This document shows, piece by piece, positions 57,302 to 64,000 of a stretch of 64,000 bases of DNA. The notes under the pieces are model-generated. The model searched no databases. It worked only from the letters and a program-made list of their open reading frames with translations, and was not told where the DNA came from. The stretch covers positions 64,001-128,000 of IMG/VR virus record IMGVR_UViG_3300032249_000542. One strand, given 5' to 3'. The stretch comes from a virus. How positions within the stretch are numbered: position 1 is the first letter of the stretch; the number at the start of each line of letters is the position of its first letter. A program made the position numbers and the translations under genes.

Positions 57302-57829
57302 ATGAGTTCAAGTTTAATAGGCGGAGAAGGTACGTCATTCTTACATGGGAATAAGTTTCAATTAAACTTTGCCCGTGTACCATATCTTCAATATTTCTGT
57401 CAAGCAGTCAATCTCCCAGGGATATCTCTTGGTGAGATACAAAGGAACACCCCTTTTGTTGACATCTATTCTCCAGGTGAAAAGGCAATCTATGATATAT
57501 TGAATGTAACTTTTATTGTTGATGAGAATTTAAAGTCTTGGTGGGAAATACATGACTGGATTCGTGCAATGACATTCCCAACTACCTTTGAAGAATATAA
57601 AGGTTTAAACCAACTATCACCTCTTGCAGATAAAGACTTTCCGCAATTCTCTGACGCACATTTAAGTATTTTAACAACGGCAAACAATCCAAACTATCGT
57701 GTTAAGTTTGTGGATTGTTTCCCAATATCATTATCGTCTATAATGTTTTCCGCAATGGATACTCCAGACAATATCATTACTGCCGATGCATCATTCAGAT
57801 TTTCTTATTTTAATATTGACAAAATGTAA
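57302..57829 (+). CDS. gp3: Tail tube terminator/completion protein gp3
   Basis: FL..N.F......P...YFCQ.VNLPG, L.V.FIVDE.L..W.EI..W, F.D.FP.SLS...F, A.F.F..F. Confidence 0.88.
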   Translation: MSSSLIGGEGTSFLHGNKFQLNFARVPYLQYFCQAVNLPGISLGEIQRNTPFVDIYSPGEKAIYDILNVTFIVDENLKSWWEIHDWIRAMTFPTTFEEYKGLNQLSPLADKDFPQFSDAHLSILTTANNPNYRVKFVDCFPISLSSIMFSAMDTPDNIITADASFRFSYFNIDKM

Positions 57830-57844
57830 CAAATAGTATATACT
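57816..57844 (+). promoter_or_regulatory. Sigma70-type (early/middle) promoter for uvsY operon
   Basis: TTGACA (57816-57821), 17 bp spacer, TATACT (57839-57844). AGGAG SD follows. Confidence 0.85.
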
Positions 57845-57865
57845 CTCCACATAGGAGATTACTTT

Positions 57866-58300
57866 ATGAAACAACTTGATGAACTATTAGAAATGTGGCG
57901 CAAAGACTGTGACATTGATCGCACAGAACCAGGTAAAGCACTTCTAGACATACCCAAACTACACAGTAAATATTTGACTATTCTTTCCAAACATAGAATG
58001 TTAGGGAAGGATGCTGAGTTTCAACTTAACCGTTGGAAGAAAACTAAATGGGAATATTATACTGGTAAGTTAGATGATGATGACTTGAAGAAGTATGGTT
58101 GGGAACCATTTCCATATACTCTCAAATCTGATCTTAATACATACTTAGATGCAGATGAAGATATTGCAAAGTACAAAGCAAAAAAATTAATACATGATGA
58201 AGTTGTAGATGTCTGTACATTCATTCTTAAAGAGTTAAACTCTCGCACATATCAATTACGTGACTTTATAACATGGGAAAGATTTATTCAAGGTGTCTAA
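57866..58300 (+). CDS. uvsY: Recombination mediator UvsY
   Basis: W.KD..ID.......L..P.LH.KYL, K.EYY.G, LK.D...Y..AD. Lies between gp3 and uvsW. Confidence 0.92.
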   Translation: MKQLDELLEMWRKDCDIDRTEPGKALLDIPKLHSKYLTILSKHRMLGKDAEFQLNRWKKTKWEYYTGKLDDDDLKKYGWEPFPYTLKSDLNTYLDADEDIAKYKAKKLIHDEVVDVCTFILKELNSRTYQLRDFITWERFIQGV

Positions 58301-59756
58301 TATAATTCTCCACAAGCGTAACGAAGCATTCATACATTTTGAATGTGACCGTGGTACAGCACAAGAGTTAAGTGATTACTTTACTTTTTTTGTCCCAGGT
58401 TATCAGTTCATGCCTGCATTTAAAAATAGAATCTGGGATGGGAAGGTACGACTTGCAGACCTTCGTAACTTTACCATCTATCATGGACTAGTACCTTACA
58501 TTCAACAATTCTGTGAAGAAAGAGATTATGAATTAACAATTGATCCTAAAGTTAATTCTACAATAAATTACTCTGCGATAGAAGCAAAAGAATTTATTGA
58601 TACGTTAAATCTACCGTATGAAATTCGTGACTATCAATTAAAATCATTTATACAAGCAGTAAGAAACAAACGTATAATGATTCTCTCACCTACTGCATCT
58701 GGCAAATCACTTATCCTTTACATGATACTTCGGCATCTACAACACACAGATCATCAAAAAGGTTTGTTGATTGTACCAACCACATCGTTGGTAGAACAGA
58801 TGTATAAAGACTTTGAAGATTATGGATTTGATTCAGATCAATATTGTCACCGTCAATATTCTGGTAAAGAAAAACATTCAGATAAATTTTTAACGATTAC
58901 TACGTGGCAATCTATCTACAAGAATCCTAAAGAATATTTTGAACAGTTTGATTTTGTATTAGGTGATGAGGCACATCAATTTAAAGCAAAGTCATTAACC
59001 ACAATTATGTCTGGTCTAGAAAATGCATCGTATCGTATTGGATGTACAGGAACACTAGATGGAGCGCAGACACACAAGTTAGTATTAGAAGGATTGTTTG
59101 GTCCTGTATATAAATTTGTGACTACTGCGGAACTGATTGAACAAGGTCACCTAGCAGAATTTAAAATTAAATGTTTGATACTTGAATACCCAGAAGAAGT
59201 TAGGAAGATGGCAAAGGGTTGGGACTATCAATCTGAGATCGAATATATAGTTAAGAACCCGAAAAGAAATGAGTTTATTCGTAATCTAGCACTCTCACTT
59301 GAAGGTAACACTCTCATACTATTCCAGTTCGTTGAAAAACACGGAAAGGATTTGTATGCATCAATTAAAGAACACTCAAAAAATAGACAGGTGTTCTTTG
59401 TCTATGGCGGAACAGATGTTGAGATCCGTGAATCTGTACGCTCCATTACTGAAAAAGAAAACGATGCAATTATTGTCGCATCCTACGGCACTTTTAGTAC
59501 AGGTATCAACATTCGCAATCTTCATAATATTGTTTTTGCATCTCCTAGTAAGTCAAGAGTACGTAACTTACAATCTATTGGTAGAGGATTAAGAATAGGA
59601 GATAATAAAGAATCAGCAACTTTGTTTGATATTGCAGATGATTTTCGTATTGGTAAATATACCAACTACACCTTGCATCATTTCATAGAACGTGTTAAAA
59701 TATACGATGAAGAAAAGTTCAAATATAAGTTTTATAACATAGAGATAAAAAAATGA
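58293..59756 (+). CDS. uvsW: UvsW SF2 helicase (GTG start)
   Basis: WDGK.RL, RDYQ, SPTASGKS, DEAH, TGT, FSTGINI, QSIGRGLR. Confidence 0.96.
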   Translation: MSNIILHKRNEAFIHFECDRGTAQELSDYFTFFVPGYQFMPAFKNRIWDGKVRLADLRNFTIYHGLVPYIQQFCEERDYELTIDPKVNSTINYSAIEAKEFIDTLNLPYEIRDYQLKSFIQAVRNKRIMILSPTASGKSLILYMILRHLQHTDHQKGLLIVPTTSLVEQMYKDFEDYGFDSDQYCHRQYSGKEKHSDKFLTITTWQSIYKNPKEYFEQFDFVLGDEAHQFKAKSLTTIMSGLENASYRIGCTGTLDGAQTHKLVLEGLFGPVYKFVTTAELIEQGHLAEFKIKCLILEYPEEVRKMAKGWDYQSEIEYIVKNPKRNEFIRNLALSLEGNTLILFQFVEKHGKDLYASIKEHSKNRQVFFVYGGTDVEIRESVRSITEKENDAIIVASYGTFSTGINIRNLHNIVFASPSKSRVRNLQSIGRGLRIGDNKESATLFDIADDFRIGKYTNYTLHHFIERVKIYDEEKFKYKFYNIEIKK

Positions 59757-60166
59757 CTATTAAAATAATCCGTATGCAATCAGGTGAAGATATATTAGCT
59801 GATGTTCATCATGAACCGAATCATGTTAAGATAGACAATCCTATGCGTTTAGTATTTCGTAGATTACCTACTGGTCAAACGATGATGTTGTTAGCACCAT
59901 GGTTACCAAATGAATTAGTAGAAGAAGATTATGCAACTATATCTAATAGTGATATCCTAACTATATTTAATCCTAAGATGAAGTTAGTTGAATATTACAA
60001 TAAGATGGTAGAAATTCAGATGAAAAGAAAACAAGAGTTTGGAAAGGTAATCGATGAATACTTACAAGATGAAATGGATGATGTAGATAACCTTGAAGAA
60101 CCAGATGAATTAACAGCAGAGATATTAGAAGCATTGAATGATGTCACTAGAGATAAACTTCATTAA
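59753..60166 (+). CDS. Conserved hypothetical protein
   Basis: 137 aa. K...M.SGE.I.A...NP......PW N-terminus, acidic tail ending LH. Usual slot between uvsW and gene 55. Confidence 0.65.
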   Translation: MTIKIIRMQSGEDILADVHHEPNHVKIDNPMRLVFRRLPTGQTMMLLAPWLPNELVEEDYATISNSDILTIFNPKMKLVEYYNKMVEIQMKRKQEFGKVIDEYLQDEMDDVDNLEEPDELTAEILEALNDVTRDKLH

Positions 60167-60176
60167 TCACACAACC

Positions 60177-60204
60177 ATTATACAACAAATTTTAAAAAAG
60201 TCAA
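60177..60204 (-). promoter_or_regulatory. Antisense sigma70-type promoter upstream of gene 55
   Basis: Minus strand reads TTGACT (60204-60199), 16 bp spacer, TATAAT (60182-60177), inside the intergenic gap. Confidence 0.65.
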
Positions 60205-60224
60205 GTACAATCTAAGGCAATCAT

Positions 60225-60764
60225 ATGGCGAACGCAAAACATTATGTAAATAACACAGACTTCCTGAATGCTCTTATAGAGTATAAAGCTAAATGTGATG
60301 AGGCAAAGGCAAACAATAAACCAGATCCACAAATTCCGAATTACATTGGAGAATGTTTTCTAAAGATCGGTGAACACTTGTCTAGAAAACCAAACTTTAT
60401 ATCTTATTCTTTCCGAGATGAGATGATTGCCGACGGTATTGAAAATTGTTTAATGTATTTCAGAAACTTTGATCCTGATAAATCAAAGAATCCATTTGCA
60501 TACTTTACTCAGATTATTTACTATGCATTCTTGCGAAGGATTATGAAAGAGAAGAAACAGCTATATGTGAAGTATAAAGCAACAGAACAGTTTGGTATTC
60601 TGGATGAAGCAGAAATGTTTGAAGATGAGAACGGTAACTATAAACAGTTCGAGATGTATGAAAATATATCTGAATTCATTCAAACATTTGAGGAAAACAA
60701 GAAGAAGAAAAAGGCAAAAGTGATAAAAGGAGTTGACAACTTCATAGAAAATGATATAGAATAA
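60225..60764 (+). CDS. gp55: Late transcription sigma factor gp55
   Basis: HYVNN..F, YIG.C..KI...LS..PNF..Y...DEMI.DG.ENC..Y..NFD..KS.NPFAYFTQI.YYAF.RRI..EKKQ. Confidence 0.96.
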   Translation: MANAKHYVNNTDFLNALIEYKAKCDEAKANNKPDPQIPNYIGECFLKIGEHLSRKPNFISYSFRDEMIADGIENCLMYFRNFDPDKSKNPFAYFTQIIYYAFLRRIMKEKKQLYVKYKATEQFGILDEAEMFEDENGNYKQFEMYENISEFIQTFEENKKKKKAKVIKGVDNFIENDIE

Positions 60765-60768
60765 GATT

Positions 60769-61839
60769 ATGAAAATTGCGATTCTTGGTGACACGCATCA
60801 CGGTATGCGTGGTGACTCTTTAGACTTTCATAGATACTATGAGAAGTTTTATTCTGAAATATTCTTTCCATACCTCAAAGAGAATGGAATTGATACTGTA
60901 TTTCAATTAGGTGATTTATTTGACCGCAGGAAGTTTATTAACTTCAACTCTCTTTATTTGGTACGTAAGTATTTCTTTGAAGCACTTAGAGAACATAATA
61001 TACAGTTTCATACGTTACTTGGTAATCATGATGTTGCATTTAAAAATACACTAGAGGTAAACTCCTCTCAACTACTATTAAACGAATATGGTAACATTAC
61101 TGTATACGATTCTTTTACTACACTTAACTTTGACGGCATTGATGTTGATGTGGTACCTTGGATATGTGATGATAACCAAGTTGAAATCTTTGATAAAGTA
61201 AAAGAATCAAAATCACAAATTTGTTTCGGTCATTTTGAAATCGCAGGATTCGAAATGGATCGTGGTAATGTTTGTCATGAGGGTATTGACAAATCACAAT
61301 TATCCAAGTATGATGTAGTATTATCTGGTCACTTTCATCACAAATCAGATGATGGACATATCTTTTATGTTGGTACACCTGGAGAGATGACATGGTCCGA
61401 TTATAATGATCCTCGTGGATTCCATATCTTTGATACCTCTACAAGAGAATCTACATTCATTCAAAATCCATACAGTATGTTTTATAAAATAACATACGAT
61501 GATACCAAACAAGATTTTGAATATTGGAAACAACACGACTACACACAATACAAAGAAACCTATATAAAAGTAGTAGTATTAAACAAACAAAATCCATTTA
61601 TGTTTGACACCGTTATTGATAACTTATATAAATGTGGAGTGTCAGACCTTTCAATCGTTGAAGATTTTTCTGAAATAACTTTTGACCAAGATCAAGAAAT
61701 TATAGATCAAGCAGAAGATACTATGACTATTCTTTCTAAGTATATTGATGGGTTAACATTAAATGTTGAATCAGAAAAACTTAAAACACTAATGCGTGAA
61801 CTATATGTTGAAGCATTGAACTTGGAGAAAATAGAATGA
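60769..61839 (+). CDS. gp47: Recombination endonuclease subunit gp47 (Mre11-like)
   Basis: GDTH.G, LGDLFD.RK, GNHD, GHFE..GF, SGHFH metallophosphoesterase motifs. Confidence 0.95.
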   Translation: MKIAILGDTHHGMRGDSLDFHRYYEKFYSEIFFPYLKENGIDTVFQLGDLFDRRKFINFNSLYLVRKYFFEALREHNIQFHTLLGNHDVAFKNTLEVNSSQLLLNEYGNITVYDSFTTLNFDGIDVDVVPWICDDNQVEIFDKVKESKSQICFGHFEIAGFEMDRGNVCHEGIDKSQLSKYDVVLSGHFHHKSDDGHIFYVGTPGEMTWSDYNDPRGFHIFDTSTRESTFIQNPYSMFYKITYDDTKQDFEYWKQHDYTQYKETYIKVVVLNKQNPFMFDTVIDNLYKCGVSDLSIVEDFSEITFDQDQEIIDQAEDTMTILSKYIDGLTLNVESEKLKTLMRELYVEALNLEKIE

Positions 61840-62468
61840 GTAGATCGATTTATCTATTCCCTAAAGAAAGAATGGGAGTGACTTATCCTTATGTATTTTG
61901 GGATGGACTTTTTACTGATGAAGAACTTGATAGAGTAAAAGATTATTGTCGTGGTCTTGAATTGGCAACTGGAACTACAGTTGGAAAAGATGGAGAACAG
62001 GATGATAAAAATGAAGCAAGAAAATCTGATATCGCATGGGCTAACCCAGGTGACGATAACATGTGGATATTTGACAGACTTTCATGGGTAACTGAAAAAA
62101 TCAATGATAGATTCTATGAATTTAATCTGAATGGATTTTCTGTTTTTCAATACACAGTTTATGACGGTAAGAAAAAACAAAAGTATGATTATCACATGGA
62201 TACAATCCTAGGTACAGATAAACCGGTTGACATGGCAGAAACAAGAAAGTTGTCTATGTCATTGATACTTTCCGACCCTAAAGATTATGAGGGTGGAGAG
62301 TTTTATATTCAAAGTGGATCACCTGAACAAGAAAAATTATTAAAGATGGAACAACTTAAAGGTCGTGTACTAGCCTTCCCATCATTTATGATTCATGGTG
62401 TTGCACCAGTAACTAAAGGTAAAAGAGAATCTATAGTCGTATGGGTTGAAGGACCTAAGTTTAAATAA
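61836..62468 (+). CDS. 2OG-Fe(II) oxygenase (PKHD/prolyl-hydroxylase-like)
   Basis: Y.YHMD (HxD), RKLS....LSD...YEGG, FPSF..H.V.PVT.G.R.S.V.W. Confidence 0.9.
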   Translation: MSRSIYLFPKERMGVTYPYVFWDGLFTDEELDRVKDYCRGLELATGTTVGKDGEQDDKNEARKSDIAWANPGDDNMWIFDRLSWVTEKINDRFYEFNLNGFSVFQYTVYDGKKKQKYDYHMDTILGTDKPVDMAETRKLSMSLILSDPKDYEGGEFYIQSGSPEQEKLLKMEQLKGRVLAFPSFMIHGVAPVTKGKRESIVVWVEGPKFK

Positions 62469-64000
62469 TGATATTTTTCCGTAATGTACGTTGGAAGAAT
62501 CTTCTTTCAACGGGAAACTATTTCACAGAAATAAAGTTAGATAGTACATCCAATACTTTGATAGTTGGCAATAACGGATCAGGCAAATCAACAATGCTTG
62601 ATGCGTTATGCTTTGCATTGTTTGGTAAAGCATTTCGTAGTATCAATAAACCAAACCTTGTCAATTCTATCAACGGAAAAGATTGTGTGGTTGAAGTTGA
62701 GTTTGATGCTGCAAATAAATCATACAAAGTTGTTCGTGGTATTAAACCCAACGTATTCGAAATCTATCAAGATGGAATACTACTCAATCAAGATTCTGCC
62801 GCAAGAGACTATCAAGAATTTCTAGAGAAGTTCATTCTCAAACTAAACTATAAATCGTTTACACAAATTGTTATTCTTGGTTCTGCATCATTCACACCGT
62901 TCATGCAGTTGTCTGCATCTGACCGTCGTGCAATCATTGAGGATTTGTTAGATATTCAAATATTTTCTTCAATGAATGGTGTTGTTAAAGAAAGAATGTC
63001 TGGTAACAAAGATTTTATTCAATCAACAAAGAATGATCTTGAAGTTACAAAGAAAATCTACGATGTCAAGAAGAAACATCACGATGAACTTCAACAAGAT
63101 AAACAAGCAAAGGTAAACGAATATGAGAGTGAGATACAAAGTTGCAGAGAAACCATTGGCACCCTTTGTGGAGAAATTGACGACTTGGGGAGAACGCAAA
63201 GCACACTTGCCGAAGTCTGCTCGCAAATTCCTGAAAATGAAAAGAAGATTGCTTCGCTTAAAAAAATTGAATCCAAAATTGAAAGCAAGATATCCCAAGT
63301 GGGAACAGATAGAGAATTCTATGAACACAATGCTGATTGCCCAACGTGTAGGCAGGCCATTACCTTGGAGTCTAAGGAACGGCACATGGGCGATCTACTA
63401 TCAAAACAACAGGAACTTGATAGTGGTCTAACAGAACTTCAAGGAAAAATAACAGAGCATGAAACTCTGTTGGCATCTCTGCGTTCCGATGAACAGAAGC
63501 TTCATACTGTACGAATAGAACTTGCTACCAAACAAACTGGCAAAGCCGGACTAGAAGCATCAATTGTAAAATTAGAAAAGAAGATTACAGATTTACAAAA
63601 CACACAACACACACAAGACGGAAGCGAATTAAAAGAACTACAGGACACCTATGAATCTTTACAAGGTCAATTAAAAGAGTTGTTGGATGAGAAGTCTTAT
63701 TATGAAGCTGCCGCAATACTATTAAAAGATTCTGGTATTAAAACCAAAATCATCAAACAATATTTACCAATTATAAACAAGTTGGTAAACAAATACTTGG
63801 CATCATTGGATTTCTTTGTTAATTTTACGCTTGACGAATCGTTCAAGGAAGTGATAAAATCTAGACATAGAGATGATTTTAGTTACCACAATTTCTCGGA
63901 AGGTGAAAAACAACGTATCGATATGGCATTGATGTTGACATGGAGAGCGGTTGCTAAACTAAAGAACTCTGCAAATACTAACCTATTATTATTAGATGAA
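62468..64000 (+). CDS. gp46: Recombination ATPase subunit gp46 (Rad50-like), 3' truncated and absent from the ORF track
   Basis: ATG 62468 gives MIFFRNVRWKNLLSTGN. Walker A GNNGSGKS, CPTC zinc hook near 63340, FSEGE signature, and LLLLDE in frame at the window end. Confidence 0.96.
   Translation, partial: MIFFRNVRWKNLLSTGNYFTEIKLDSTSNTLIVGNNGSGKSTMLDALCFALFGKAFRSINKPNLVNSINGKDCVVEVEFDAANKSYKVVRGIKPNVFEIYQDGILLNQDSAARDYQEFLEKFILKLNYKSFTQIVILGSASFTPFMQLSASDRRAIIEDLLDIQIFSSMNGVVKERMSGNKDFIQSTKNDLEVTKKIYDVKKKHHDELQQDKQAKVNEYESEIQSCRETIGTLCGEIDDLGRTQSTLAEVCSQIPENEKKIASLKKIESKIESKISQVGTDREFYEHNADCPTCRQAITLESKERHMGDLLSKQQELDSGLTELQGKITEHETLLASLRSDEQKLHTVRIELATKQTGKAGLEASIVKLEKKITDLQNTQHTQDGSELKELQDTYESLQGQLKELLDEKSYYEAAAILLKDSGIKTKIIKQYLPIINKLVNKYLASLDFFVNFTLDESFKEVIKSRHRDDFSYHNFSEGEKQRIDMALMLTWRAVAKLKNSANTNLLLLDE

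Noticed and set aside
696-63431. Short minus-strand and alternate-frame ORFs in the track (e.g. 9655-10143, 24523-24912, 32439-32984, 38645-38995, 63023-63385, 63123-63431)
   Set aside because: They lie inside well-supported genes and reflect repeat or Gly codon shadows. They have no evident SD or recognisable motifs.
1-64000. Stop-codon reassignment, introns, inteins or homing endonucleases
   Set aside because: Core genes (17, 18, 20, 23, uvsW, 46, 47) translate at ordinary length in the standard code without interruptions.
1-64000. Host or named-phage assignment (e.g. cyanophage)
   Set aside because: Gene order resembles aquatic T4-like phages, but there are no host-diagnostic genes and no search was possible.

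Overview
The window is a contiguous, AT-rich piece of a large T4-like myovirus genome, most likely an uncultured aquatic type, with all credible genes on the + strand. Order: end of baseplate gp7, a fibre gene, gp8, a 2035-aa VrlC/DUF4815-type structural protein, about 32 kb of modular fibre/adhesin genes in place of T4 genes 9-12/wac, neck and tail genes 13-15, terminase 16 and 17 with a Dps gene between them, 18, 19, portal 20, prohead core genes, 21, 22, 23, 3, uvsY, uvsW, late sigma 55, 47, a 2OG-Fe(II) oxygenase and most of 46. Most notable: (1) a strong, directional Ala-Asn dipeptide excess in virion-exterior proteins, amplified into ANxA[YF]xx heptad arrays in six fibre genes, possibly a modification or assembly signal; (2) a mix-and-match fibre cassette whose genes share modules and short near-identical DNA tracts; (3) a portal gene that apparently starts at ATC, behind a terminator and a 4-codon mini-ORF; (4) an RBS-sequestering hairpin with a late promoter in its loop; (5) a near-consensus antisense sigma70 promoter just upstream of gene 55. 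All assignments come from motif recognition and gene order. No database search was run and counts are by hand.
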